Shown piece by piece: positions 1 to 9,753 of a stretch of DNA of 64,000 nucleotides. Where the stretch lies: assembly GCA_050260455.1 (NCBI GenBank), contig JBLNCF010000010.1:37653-101652 (forward strand), in the 5' to 3' direction. Position 1 is the stretch's first letter. Each line of letters opens with the position of its first letter. This DNA comes from Bacillota bacterium (lineage in GTDB: Bacteria; Patescibacteriota; Minisyncoccia; Phycocordibacterales; Phycocordibacteraceae). The notes under the pieces are model-generated. The model was not told the origin of the DNA and ran no database searches. It saw only the letters and a program-made list of their open reading frames with translations. The translations under genes were made by a program, and so were the position numbers.

Positions 1-1005
1 CTGTTTGCCAATCAGATCACGTTCATCCCGTGTCCGGCAGGGAAGATGCGTCGCTACAAGAGTTTTCTTAACTTCACAGATCTCTTTGTGACCATAACCG
101 GTGTGGTGCGCGCACTCATCATGTTGTTCACCATCTACCCGGATGTGGTGGTCTCCAAAGGCGGCTACACGAGTGTACCCGTGACCATCGCAGCAGGAAT
201 CCTCCGTATTCCGGTCATCATTCATGAGTCGGATGCGCATCCCGGTCGCGCAAATCTCCTCGCAGCCAAGCATGCGGCCCGTATCGCAGTTGCGTTCGAC
301 TCATCGCGCGAATATTTCCCTAAGAAAGTCCAGGATCGTATTGCCCGTATCGGTATACCCATTCGTCGTGAACTTATGCTCGTTGATGCAGAGGGTGCAG
401 CAGAGGAGCTTGGCCTCGATCGCTCCATCCCCACCATTCTTATCCTCGGTGGTTCGTCCGGCTCCGCGCGTATCAATGAGATGGTGCTCGGTTCACTTCC
501 TGAATTGGTTTCGTTTGCCAATGTTATCCATCAGACGGGACGTGATTTGTTCAAGGGTGTGGAGGAGACGAGCAAGATCGTCCTCGAGGGCTCCGAACAC
601 AAGGAGCGCTATCATGTCTTTCCGTACTTGAATACGCTTTCTATGCGCCGTGCTGCAGGTGCCGCGACGCTCGTCATCTCACGCGCAGGATCGACCACCA
701 TCACCGAGATCTCACTCTGGCGCAAACCCGCCATCCTCATTCCCATTCCAGAGGCAGTTAGCCACGACCAGCGCATGAACGCATACGCATACGCACACAC
801 GGGGGCAGCTATTGTGCTCGAGGAGGAGAACATGACGCCGCACCTCTTTGCGAACGAAGCGCGCCGCATCGCAACTGACACAACCCTTGCCTCATCAATG
901 AGTCAAAAGGGAGCTGACTTCGCTAATCCCGAAGCTGCTCGCATGATCGCAGAGGAAGTCCTCTCGATCGCGCTTTCGCACGAAGAACCAACTACAACCG
1001 TATGA
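1..1005 (+). CDS. murG: UDP-GlcNAc:undecaprenyl-PP-MurNAc-pentapeptide GlcNAc transferase MurG (5' end outside window)
   Basis: Frame is open from nt 1. Motifs GGYTSVP, ILGGSSGS are consistent with GT28 MurG. The TGA overlaps the gltX ATG. Confidence 0.8.
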   Translation: MFANQITFIPCPAGKMRRYKSFLNFTDLFVTITGVVRALIMLFTIYPDVVVSKGGYTSVPVTIAAGILRIPVIIHESDAHPGRANLLAAKHAARIAVAFDSSREYFPKKVQDRIARIGIPIRRELMLVDAEGAAEELGLDRSIPTILILGGSSGSARINEMVLGSLPELVSFANVIHQTGRDLFKGVEETSKIVLEGSEHKERYHVFPYLNTLSMRRAAGAATLVISRAGSTTITEISLWRKPAILIPIPEAVSHDQRMNAYAYAHTGAAIVLEEENMTPHLFANEARRIATDTTLASSMSQKGADFANPEAARMIAEEVLSIALSHEEPTTTV

Positions 1006-2423
1006 GCGTCCGCACCCGATTCGCCCCCAGTCCCACCGGCTTCCTCCATGTCGGTGGCCTGCGCACCGCGCTCTTTGCGTGGCTGTTCGCTAAACAAAAC
1101 GGTGGGGAGTTTATTCTGCGCATTGAAGACACGGACCAAGCACGTGAGGTAGAAGGCTCGGCTCTCCACATCATCGAGTGTCTCAAATGGCTTGGGCTTG
1201 ATTACTCCGAAGGCCCAGATATCGGTGGCCCGCATGCACCGTACTATCAGTCCGAGCGTCTGTCGGTATACAAGCGATATGCTGACCAACTCGTAGCGGC
1301 TGGCTTTGCATATCCAGATCCCTATTCAGAGGAAGAAGTGGAAGAACTCCGCAAAAAAGCTGAAGAGGAGAAGCGTCCCTTCTTATACCGCGAGCATCGG
1401 CCCGAAGTTATAGAAGAGTGGGACGGCAGCAAGCCGCTTCGATTCCGGGTGCCTGAAGTAAAACGCTATACCTGGACTGATTTAGTTCGTGGCGAACTCA
1501 CTGCAGGAGAAGAAGCGCTTGATGATTTTGTGCTCATTAAGTCCGACGGGTTCCCCACATACAACTTCGCGCACATTGTGGATGATATTGAGATGGGGAT
1601 CACGCACGTGATGCGTGGCGAGGAATTCATTTCTTCAACTCCAAAGTTCCTTTCGCTCTACGAAGCGCTTGAGGTTGCTCCACCTGCCATCGCTACCATG
1701 CCCGTTATTCTCGGTCCCGATGGAAAGAAGAAACTCTCCAAGCGTGATGGTGCCAAGGATGTTCTCGAGTATCGCGAGGAAGGGTATCTCCCGCAGGCGA
1801 TGCGCAATTTCATGGCACTCATTGGATGGAATCCAGGTACCGATCAGGAAATACTCTCTGACGAAGAGCTCATCGCAGCATTCGATCTCTCACGAGTGCA
1901 GAAGGGTGGCGGTGCGTTTGATGAGCAGAAACTCCTACACATCAATCGAGAATGGATGCGTCGTCTTTCTGACGAAGAGTACCTTCGAGCAGGGAAGCTG
2001 GAGGGTGGCAACCACGAGAGACTCCTCTTAGCCGTGCCTCTCATGAAAGAACGCGCTTCCACATTCAAGGAGGCTCGTGAACTTCTTGCTGGCGAGCTTT
2101 CCTGCCTCTTTTCCGCTCCGCTACTCGATACCGAGCTCCTGGTGTCCAAAGCCTCGCCGGAAGCCACTAAGACCCATCTGGAGGCATTCACGCGCCTTAT
2201 AGAGGGCATTCCGGCATCGCTTGATATCGAAGGAATCAAAGAATCCCTTATGCCGTATGCCGACGCCATCCCGAAAGAGGAGGGTGGCCGTGGTGCTGCG
2301 CTCTGGCCTCTGCGGTATGCACTTTCCGGTCAGGAGCGTTCCCCGGATCCATTCACACTCATCCATATCCTGGGGAAAGATGAAGCGCTCACGCGCATCC
2401 GTACGGCGCTTTCGGCACTGTAA
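1002..2423 (+). CDS. gltX: glutamyl-tRNA synthetase
   Basis: RFAPSPTGFLHVGG (HIGH-type) and KLSKRDG (KMSKS) class I motifs are present. Confidence 0.9.
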   Translation: MSVRTRFAPSPTGFLHVGGLRTALFAWLFAKQNGGEFILRIEDTDQAREVEGSALHIIECLKWLGLDYSEGPDIGGPHAPYYQSERLSVYKRYADQLVAAGFAYPDPYSEEEVEELRKKAEEEKRPFLYREHRPEVIEEWDGSKPLRFRVPEVKRYTWTDLVRGELTAGEEALDDFVLIKSDGFPTYNFAHIVDDIEMGITHVMRGEEFISSTPKFLSLYEALEVAPPAIATMPVILGPDGKKKLSKRDGAKDVLEYREEGYLPQAMRNFMALIGWNPGTDQEILSDEELIAAFDLSRVQKGGGAFDEQKLLHINREWMRRLSDEEYLRAGKLEGGNHERLLLAVPLMKERASTFKEARELLAGELSCLFSAPLLDTELLVSKASPEATKTHLEAFTRLIEGIPASLDIEGIKESLMPYADAIPKEEGGRGAALWPLRYALSGQERSPDPFTLIHILGKDEALTRIRTALSAL

Positions 2424-2447
2424 GACTTAGCCGCGTCACGCGGCTTC

Positions 2448-3758
2448 ATGCATGTGTTTCGCAAACCGCACGCGCCCGGTATACTGAATGCAATGCAGGG
2501 ACGTTCTCTTGTTTTCGTATCCATCCTGCTCGCCTTATCCATCTTCGTTGTAGGACCATTCGCGTCCGGAGTGCATGCGCAGACGACAGCGGAGATCCAG
2601 CAGCAGATAGCCGAGCACAACAAGAAGATCGCTGATCTCGATGCCGAGATCGCACAGTATCAGAAGCAGCTCGACGCGCTCGGGTCGCAGCATGCGACGC
2701 TTGCCACCTCCATTAAGTCTTTAGACACCCAACGCAAAGCGCTCACTACCAAGATTCAGTCGCTCCAGCAGCAAATAGGTAAATTGAATCTTGAAATACG
2801 CCAGCTCGGTGGACAAATTGCAGACAAAGAGCAGTCGATCAGTCTCAATAAACGGACGATTGCCCAGTCTTTACGCGATATAGATCAGACCGATACTCGC
2901 TCCATGATTGAGCAGGTGTTCTCTTCAAGAGATCTGGGTGAGCTCTGGGTGGCCGTAGACACTTCCATGACGCTCAATGAGGCCCTTCGTGATCACACCA
3001 CTGAACTAGCACAGGTGAAGCAACAACTTGCCGATCAGCAGCAGCAGGTATCGCAGACCCAGCAGAAGTTGGTCTCGGTAACTACCGATCTCGGCACCCA
3101 AAAGAAAGCCGTGGATGTCACGGTCTCGCAAAAGAATGCGCTTCTTACCCAGACCAAGAATCAGGAGGCTTCCTATCAGAAGCTCATCGCACAGAAGCGT
3201 GCCGAACAAGCATCGTTCGAGGCTGCACTCTACCAGCTTTCTCTCAAACTCAAGGCAGCTGACAACACTAAGATTCCTGCGAAGGGGAAGGGTGTCCTTG
3301 CCTGGCCGCTCGACCACATCACGATCACCCAGTACTTCGGTAAGACCACTGATTCAGGCCGACTCTATGCGAACGGTACCCACAACGGTGTGGACTTTGC
3401 CGCCGCCATCGGTACGCCGGTCCATGCCGCTCTTGCCGGAACCGTGGTTGAGATCAATCAGGGTGCGGTCCAGAACTGTCAGTACGGTAAGTGGGTGCTG
3501 GTCAAACACGCTAACGGGTTAAGTACCCTCTACGCCCATCTCTCCCAGATATCGGTAGCCAAAGGCCAGACGGTCTCAACAGGGCAGGTCCTGGGGTACT
3601 CCGGCATGACCGGCTACGCCACCGGTCCACACCTCCATCTCACCGTCTACAACTCAAGCTCGGTGAGCTTCACTAATTACCAATGTAAGAGCGGATATAC
3701 CGTCTACATTCCGATTGCACCGCCGAACGGATATCTCGATCCGCTAGCGTACTTGTAA
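2448..3758 (+). CDS. secreted coiled-coil M23/LytM peptidase (EnvC-like)
   Basis: Signal peptide, long Q-rich coiled coil, then an M23 core (HNGVDFAA...GPHLHLTVY). An alternative start is the Met at 2493. Confidence 0.85.
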   Translation: MHVFRKPHAPGILNAMQGRSLVFVSILLALSIFVVGPFASGVHAQTTAEIQQQIAEHNKKIADLDAEIAQYQKQLDALGSQHATLATSIKSLDTQRKALTTKIQSLQQQIGKLNLEIRQLGGQIADKEQSISLNKRTIAQSLRDIDQTDTRSMIEQVFSSRDLGELWVAVDTSMTLNEALRDHTTELAQVKQQLADQQQQVSQTQQKLVSVTTDLGTQKKAVDVTVSQKNALLTQTKNQEASYQKLIAQKRAEQASFEAALYQLSLKLKAADNTKIPAKGKGVLAWPLDHITITQYFGKTTDSGRLYANGTHNGVDFAAAIGTPVHAALAGTVVEINQGAVQNCQYGKWVLVKHANGLSTLYAHLSQISVAKGQTVSTGQVLGYSGMTGYATGPHLHLTVYNSSSVSFTNYQCKSGYTVYIPIAPPNGYLDPLAYL

Positions 3759-3873
3759 CGAGTGCTGCGGGGAAGATGAAGTCTTCACCTCCGCTTCATG
3801 TGAGCTTCATTGTTTCTGCTATTTAATACACCTGGTATATCCATCTACATCGGAACCGTTATAGGCGGCGCGC

Positions 3874-6800
3874 TTGGGAAACTACGATGAAGGAAAGGCC
3901 ACACTCCTATCACTGTCCAGTCGGATGAGGAATTCGCGGGTTCTTTTGCCTCGCGTGCATTATTACTCCCATTTCCGCTTGCCTAACTTAATACGTATGT
4001 ATAAGCCTACTCTCGTGCACGCTCGCACGCTCGTGAGCATGGTTGCTGTAGTGGCTCTGTTGGCTTCCTTCACCACAGGTTCCATTTCGGCGCCCCGTGT
4101 CCATGCGGACGAATTAGCCACCTCAACACCAGTAACCGATACGGCTACCTCGACCGATTCTCCTCTTGCTACTGACCCGACCGCGACCACAACGGAGATC
4201 GGATCTTCGACCCCCGCTGTCGCTAGTTCGACAGACGTATCGGTAGTACCGGCCATCGAGTCCACTTCGTCTTCTTCCGGTTCGACCGACACGATTCAAC
4301 CTGTGGCGACCGCTACACTATCGACCGATCAGGACAACTACCATCCCGGCTCGGTTGCCACCATCTTCGGGAATGCATTCACGCCGCTTCAGGAATTCCT
4401 GGTAAAGGTATTCGGAAGCGATGAAAATGATCAGCAGTACACGGAATCCGTGACTCATGTCACTAGCGATTCATCAGGTGCGTTTTCGACGACCTATAGT
4501 CTCGATTCCATCTACCGACCCTTCTATGACGTGGTCGCATCGACCCTGAATGGAGAAACCCTGGCTCATACGCTATTCAGGGATTCCAGCGTTGGAACCT
4601 ATGACCAGTGCGCCAATGATGACGGGGACGGCTATGCTTCGGGTGACACCGGTTGTCGTTGGACTAATGGAAATCTACAGAGCAATAACTCGACATATCA
4701 CGAAGGGGATTCGACGGTACAGCGCGTATGGATCAAAGGTTATGCACCGGGAAGCACGCACACGCTAACCTTCCAGTACGACACGACCAAAGGGGGAAAG
4801 CATGCCTATGACTTCCTCACCTCATGGAATGCATCGGAGTCCTGGATTACCGAGGCAGATCTCTGCCAGGCCATTACCGGCTGCGTAGGGAAGGCGGAGA
4901 CAACGACGCCGGTCCCGCATGATCCGAATGGTTCCGGTGCGTATGAGTCTGGTACGCGCAACTTCGTTATGCGCGGCGGAACCCTTACCGGTGCATCAAG
5001 TCCGACCGTGAGCGGCTCGTACGCAGGCGATAGTGACACCTCGATCACCGTCACGTTCACCGTCGATCCTTCTGGCTCCATGTGTTCCACCAAGAGCGGA
5101 GTGACCAGCTGTGACGTAGCACTCTTCTTCGGTGCACATATCTCAAAGAGCAGCGACTGGGGAGCGGGCACCACAGCCGTGAGTATTTCCGGTTCCCCGT
5201 ACCACGTGGCGCTTGCGGCAGAGGACGGCGCCTCCATTGGGCAGCGTGATAACCAGATGCAGGCAAACGCCATCGTGCTTCCCAACACCATCACCATTCA
5301 CAAGATCATGGTGGGCGGTACGGACACCTTCACCTTCACCGGTACGCCAAGTGGCACCATAAGCACCAGCACTGGCACCCTCACAGCTTCACCGGCAAGT
5401 GGTGCAGGGTCGGTCACTGAATCCACACTTTCTGGGTGGAACCTCACGGGCCTTACATGCGCAACCTCGACTGGAGGTGCAACTGCCACACCTAACCTAG
5501 GAACCCGAACAGTGAATTACTCCATGCCAGCAGCAGGAGGAGGTGTCGTGGATTGTACGTTCACGAATACCCGGCAGCAGGCACATCTGACTCTCGTAAA
5601 AGCTGTGGTGAACGATAACGGGGGTACGGCAAGCACCACCGACTGGACACTGGCAGCGGTCGGACCTACTTCCCTTAGTGGATCGAGTGGTACTACAGCC
5701 GTAACCAACGCTGCAGTTGATGCAGGCACGTACTCTCTTTCGGAGAGTGGAGGTCCCACCGGCTACGCATCTTCCACCTGGAGCTGTGTTACGAACGGTG
5801 GGGCAGCGGTACCCGGCTCATCTCTAACGCTCGGTGCAGGCGATACCGCGACCTGTACGATCACCAACGATGATATCGCGCCCTCGCTCACGCTCGTAAA
5901 GCAGGTAAGTAACACGCATGGAGGTACGGCAAGCACCACCGACTGGACACTCTCCGCCACTGGTTCCTCAACCATTTCCGGCGCAGGTGGCGCTACAAGT
6001 TCTTCTACCTTCCAAGCAGGCACTTACACGCTTGCCGAGTCGACGGGACCTGCCCACTACACCCCAGGTGATTGGGTATGTGCGGGTGACGTAACGAATA
6101 GTGGCACGTCTATCACTCTCGGTGTGGGACAGAGTGCAATCTGCACTATCACGAACTCGGATGAGCCGGCTCACCTCACGGTTATCAAACATGTAGTGAA
6201 CGATAACGGAGGTACCCTGGGCGCTTCTGACTTCACCATGCAGGTGACTGGCACCGGAGTCTCATCCGCTTCATTCCCTGGCGCAGAAGCATCCGGTACC
6301 GCCATTACGCTTGACGCCGGCAGTTACAACGTAGACGAAGCTTCGACCACCGGATACGCGAAGACGATAGGGACGGACTGTTCTGGCACGATAGCTATGG
6401 GTGAGAGCAAGACCTGCACTATTACGAACAACGACATCGCTCCTTCGCTTACGCTCAATAAGATCACCTCGTACACGCATGGCGGTACGGCACCCGAGTC
6501 CTCATGGACGCTCACAGCCGACGGGGGTAGCGCAGGCACCTTATCGGGGCCAGGTGCGACCGGAAGTACAGATGTAGTCAGCACCACAACCTTCAAAGCA
6601 GGGACCTATAGCCTCTCCGAGAGTGCGGCACCAACCGGATACGCAAACGGCGCGTCCTTCAGCTGTATCAAGAATGGCGCAGCACCAGTCTTGGGCAACA
6701 GCATCACGCTTGCGGTCGGGGACATGGCAACATGTTCGATCACGAACACGGATATTGCACCCAGCCTGACCGTGATAAAGCACGTGATAAATGATGACGG

Positions 6801-7479
6801 AGACACTGCGGTCGCAAGCGACTTCACCATGCACGTGACGGGCACCAACGTATCGACCACTTCCTTCACAGGGAGTGAGAGTGGTGTAACCGTATCGCTG
6901 AATGCGGGTTCCTACACCGTAGACGAGGTGTCAAACGCAGGATACGCGAAGACATTGAGTGCCGACTGTTCGGGAACAATAGCGGTAGGTGAGAGTAAGA
7001 CCTGCACCATCACCAATAATGATCTTCCGCACGCGACACGTACGCTGGGCTTCTGGCAAACGCACACTGCGTACACCACGACGACCTTTGGTTCGAACGA
7101 CTGGTTACTCGGCACTAAGCATGTAGATTCCGTATCTAAGCTTCTGGCCGGGTTCTACGCCAGCATCCCAAAGACTACGACAAATACGAAGCGTTCGGCT
7201 CTGGATCAAGCTCGCATGCAGATGCTGCAGCAGTGGCTCGCGGCGAAGCTTAACTGCACCGCATTCGGGTGCAGCATAGCTACCCAGACCCTACTCACAA
7301 ACGCAGCAACAGCATGGAGCGGCACGAGTGCAAGCACCATCCTCTCGTACGCTTCCCAGCTCGACGCGTATAACAACAGTAATGATGCACTCCCCATCAG
7401 TGCCCAGGGGAAGGCAACTCCGTCTAGTTCACAGACGACAGCTGCGGCAAGCTTGAGCTACTGGAACGTGCTTCCATAA
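3874..7479 (+). CDS. large secreted surface protein with at least 5 tandem ~100-aa Ig-like repeats (DUF11/prealbumin-like type)
   Basis: The TTG at 3874 is the longest ORF. The more likely start is the ATG at 3997, which gives a signal peptide (MYKPTLVHARTLVSMVAVVALLA). Repeats of the form DIAPSLTLVK..NDNGGTA..DFT...CTITN occur between 5560 and 7020 with a ~300-bp DNA period. Confidence 0.8.
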   Translation: MGNYDEGKATLLSLSSRMRNSRVLLPRVHYYSHFRLPNLIRMYKPTLVHARTLVSMVAVVALLASFTTGSISAPRVHADELATSTPVTDTATSTDSPLATDPTATTTEIGSSTPAVASSTDVSVVPAIESTSSSSGSTDTIQPVATATLSTDQDNYHPGSVATIFGNAFTPLQEFLVKVFGSDENDQQYTESVTHVTSDSSGAFSTTYSLDSIYRPFYDVVASTLNGETLAHTLFRDSSVGTYDQCANDDGDGYASGDTGCRWTNGNLQSNNSTYHEGDSTVQRVWIKGYAPGSTHTLTFQYDTTKGGKHAYDFLTSWNASESWITEADLCQAITGCVGKAETTTPVPHDPNGSGAYESGTRNFVMRGGTLTGASSPTVSGSYAGDSDTSITVTFTVDPSGSMCSTKSGVTSCDVALFFGAHISKSSDWGAGTTAVSISGSPYHVALAAEDGASIGQRDNQMQANAIVLPNTITIHKIMVGGTDTFTFTGTPSGTISTSTGTLTASPASGAGSVTESTLSGWNLTGLTCATSTGGATATPNLGTRTVNYSMPAAGGGVVDCTFTNTRQQAHLTLVKAVVNDNGGTASTTDWTLAAVGPTSLSGSSGTTAVTNAAVDAGTYSLSESGGPTGYASSTWSCVTNGGAAVPGSSLTLGAGDTATCTITNDDIAPSLTLVKQVSNTHGGTASTTDWTLSATGSSTISGAGGATSSSTFQAGTYTLAESTGPAHYTPGDWVCAGDVTNSGTSITLGVGQSAICTITNSDEPAHLTVIKHVVNDNGGTLGASDFTMQVTGTGVSSASFPGAEASGTAITLDAGSYNVDEASTTGYAKTIGTDCSGTIAMGESKTCTITNNDIAPSLTLNKITSYTHGGTAPESSWTLTADGGSAGTLSGPGATGSTDVVSTTTFKAGTYSLSESAAPTGYANGASFSCIKNGAAPVLGNSITLAVGDMATCSITNTDIAPSLTVIKHVINDDGDTAVASDFTMHVTGTNVSTTSFTGSESGVTVSLNAGSYTVDEVSNAGYAKTLSADCSGTIAVGESKTCTITNNDLPHATRTLGFWQTHTAYTTTTFGSNDWLLGTKHVDSVSKLLAGFYASIPKTTTNTKRSALDQARMQMLQQWLAAKLNCTAFGCSIATQTLLTNAATAWSGTSASTILSYASQLDAYNNSNDALPISAQGKATPSSSQTTAAASLSYWNVLP

Positions 7480-7485
7480 CCTGAA

Positions 7486-7530
7486 GTGAAGACTTCACAA
7501 AAGACCCTGTATTTACAGGGTCTTTTTGTT
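7486..7530 (+). terminator. tandem hairpins plus T-tract (rho-independent terminator)
   Basis: gtgaag-a-cttcac, then AAGACCCTG-TATTTA-CAGGGTCTT followed by TTTGTT. Confidence 0.7.
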
Positions 7531-7579
7531 ACTATGACGGGGATAGTAGTCCCGTTTGTGGGATTAAAATGAGGATATA

Positions 7580-8626
7580 ATGAAGCGCAAGCTCACGGTT
7601 AAGAATCCATCTCTTGTGCTCGCGGGAGAGTTCGCTGCATTCGGTGCTGGAGCGGTCATTCTTCTCGTGTTTATCGCTTCAACACTCGACGCCTCATTAG
7701 TCCAAAACGGCCAGCAGGCAGCCGTGGTTACTTCCGTCCTTGCCGATCTCACGAATTCCGATCGTGAACTCAACCACGTTCCAGACCTGAAGGTGAGTCC
7801 GACGCTTACGCAAATCGCCCAGATGAAGGCGAACGACATGGCGGCAAAAGGGTACTTCTCGCACGATACGCCTGACGGAAAGACTCCCTGGTACTGGTTC
7901 AAACTTGGCGGATACGCATTCCGATATGCGGGAGAGAACCTCGCAGTGGATTTTAGTGATTCCGCGGATGTGGAGCGCGCCTGGATGAAATCACCGACCC
8001 ACCGAGAGAACATTCTCAACGGGAACTATACCGAGATTGGCATCGCAACTGCTGTAGGCATGTACCAAGGCCACCGCACTATCTTTGTCGTCCAGGAATT
8101 CGGTACTCCGGTACATACTTCAACAGTGACGGGCACCACACCTCCAGCACGAGTAGCAACAGCACCAAAACCATTCCAAACGACTTCCACACCCACCAAG
8201 ACCGTACCCACCAACCCCAAGAAATCACCAGTCCACTCCACTACGGCAATCAAACCTGCAGCAACCACCACCCTGGCTGTTACGGAACCTACTCCAACCT
8301 CCACCGTACTAGGCAGCACAGCAGATGAACTCCCGCTCGCTGAGACTGCGCCCTATGCATCGAGTCGGTTCGATGCACTATTAAACGTATTTGCAGCATC
8401 GCCACGCACCACAATGCAGTACGCCTACTACCTATTCGCGTTCCTGATCATGATCGCGATCTTGGTTGAGACCGGATTCGAGGTTCACAAACGACACGTG
8501 AAGCATGTGGTATTCGCGGTCACGCTTATGGTCCTCATGGGCACCCTCTTCTTTGCGGCGGAGGGTCTGGTGTTCGGGAAGCCAGTGATTGTCGACAGTG
8601 GGGGAGTCGTTGCCGGTGCCTCATAG
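7580..8626 (+). CDS. CAP/SCP (PR-1-like) domain protein with a Pro/Thr linker and C-terminal TM helices
   Basis: N-terminal signal/anchor; CAP core GYFSHDTPDG...GENLA...W..SPTHRENIL; a PT-rich spacer; hydrophobic C-terminus. Confidence 0.8.
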   Translation: MKRKLTVKNPSLVLAGEFAAFGAGAVILLVFIASTLDASLVQNGQQAAVVTSVLADLTNSDRELNHVPDLKVSPTLTQIAQMKANDMAAKGYFSHDTPDGKTPWYWFKLGGYAFRYAGENLAVDFSDSADVERAWMKSPTHRENILNGNYTEIGIATAVGMYQGHRTIFVVQEFGTPVHTSTVTGTTPPARVATAPKPFQTTSTPTKTVPTNPKKSPVHSTTAIKPAATTTLAVTEPTPTSTVLGSTADELPLAETAPYASSRFDALLNVFAASPRTTMQYAYYLFAFLIMIAILVETGFEVHKRHVKHVVFAVTLMVLMGTLFFAAEGLVFGKPVIVDSGGVVAGAS

Positions 8627-8642
8627 GGTATACTGACCCTAT

Positions 8643-8843
8643 ATGGTCCGATTCCTCATCATCCTCGCCATTCTGGTGCTCGCCCTCTCGTTCTTCGGCA
8701 TCTCCATCCGTACTATCGTCGAATCACCGACCGGAAGGGACAATTTTGCCTTCATTTGGCAGATCGTGAAGACCGGATGGGGTATCTTGGTCGGCTGGTT
8801 TTATATCCTGGTTGGTCTCATCCAAGCAGCGATTCCGGGGTAG
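8643..8843 (+). CDS. small membrane protein (2 TM), hypothetical
   Basis: 66-aa ORF with two hydrophobic helices, tightly packed after the CAP gene. Confidence 0.45.
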   Translation: MVRFLIILAILVLALSFFGISIRTIVESPTGRDNFAFIWQIVKTGWGILVGWFYILVGLIQAAIPG

Positions 8844-8877
8844 GGAAGGACGACCACATTCTTGCCGGGTTTGTCCA

Positions 8878-8903
8878 ATATATGGCTTTATAAAGCCATA
8901 TAT
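8878..8903. promoter_or_regulatory. 26-bp perfect palindrome ATATATGGCTTTATAAAGCCATATAT (candidate operator)
   Basis: Seen directly in the sequence. AT-rich in a GC-rich background and located upstream of the 3D-domain gene. Confidence 0.5.
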
Positions 8904-8964
8904 CTCGTATAAGGCCAGAGGAAAACAGGGGTTGACGGGCCTGAAAATCGGGTGAGGAGATTGT

Positions 8965-9669
8965 ATGGTCCGGCTTCATCAGATATTGACAAAAGGGAGC
9001 AAACCTGCTAATATGGCCTTACGAGGCCGTTTTACGGTCTCCCCTATGAATTTACTTGCAACAGCCCTAGTAATGGGGATTCTTTTTTTGCCAGGTAGCA
9101 CAGGACAAGTTGCTCACGTGGAAGCCTCCACGACCCAGAGCACCTCGTCCAGCGCCGCCGGTGAAGAACCTTCCCCTAGGAAGGTGGCTACTGCCCGCGA
9201 AGTAGCCACCGCCTCCTACCAGGTGACGCTCACCGCATATAATGCCGTCCCTTCGCAAACGGATAATAACCCCTCCGTTACTGCAAGTGGCGCCCGTTCT
9301 AACTCGGAAGTTATCGCAGCTCGATCGCAAGATCTTGCCCAGGAACTTCCGTTCGGAACGGTGGTGAAGCTCACACGTGTCGCTGATGACTCGCCTTCAT
9401 GTCGCTTCCATCAAGTGGAAGAGCTCATTGGGTATCGCGTTATCGCCGACACGATGAATGCTCGCTTCACTAAACGCGTGGACGTCGAGCTCGACACTTC
9501 TGACAAAGTTACTGTCGAAGGTCGCGCCGTAAATCCTGCCGTCGCGGTTGGTGTGTGTGGCCACGTGAAGGTGACCGTCGTCGGTCAGCTTCCGGTCTCA
9601 CGCATCCCGAAGACACAGACCGAACTCGCAAGTCTGTTTGCTCCGAAGGAGCTCGCAATCAATAGGTAA
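8965..9669 (+). CDS. 3D-domain (MltA-like / YocH-type) secreted cell-wall protein
   Basis: TAYNAVPSQTDNNPSVTASG and the following Asp residues match the 3D domain. There is an SD-like GGAGA before 8965. Alternative starts at 9013 or 9046 give a cleaner signal peptide. Confidence 0.7.
   Translation: MVRLHQILTKGSKPANMALRGRFTVSPMNLLATALVMGILFLPGSTGQVAHVEASTTQSTSSSAAGEEPSPRKVATAREVATASYQVTLTAYNAVPSQTDNNPSVTASGARSNSEVIAARSQDLAQELPFGTVVKLTRVADDSPSCRFHQVEELIGYRVIADTMNARFTKRVDVELDTSDKVTVEGRAVNPAVAVGVCGHVKVTVVGQLPVSRIPKTQTELASLFAPKELAINR
8986..9014 (+). promoter_or_regulatory. consensus-like sigma70 promoter TTGACA-17-TAATAT
   Basis: -35 TTGACA at 8986-8991 and -10 TAATAT at 9009-9014. It lies inside the 5' end of the longest ORF, so the gene may start at 9046. 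Confidence 0.5.
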
Positions 9670-9695
9670 GAAAGCGACGTACAGAACGTCTTCAT

Positions 9696-9736
9696 GAAGC
9701 CGGAGTCATACTCCGGCTTCGGACGTTTTATATTTT
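9696..9736 (+). terminator. rho-independent terminator
   Basis: GAAGCCGGAGT-CATA-CTCCGGCTTC followed by GGACGTTTTATATTTT. Confidence 0.8.
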
Positions 9737-9753
9737 GATATACTGACCTCGAT

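Noticed and set aside
4806-7115. Series of 60-160-aa minus-strand ORFs inside the surface-protein gene
   Set aside because: They are repeat-driven antisense frames (Pro/Val-rich). The sense frame carries the signal peptide and coherent domain repeats.
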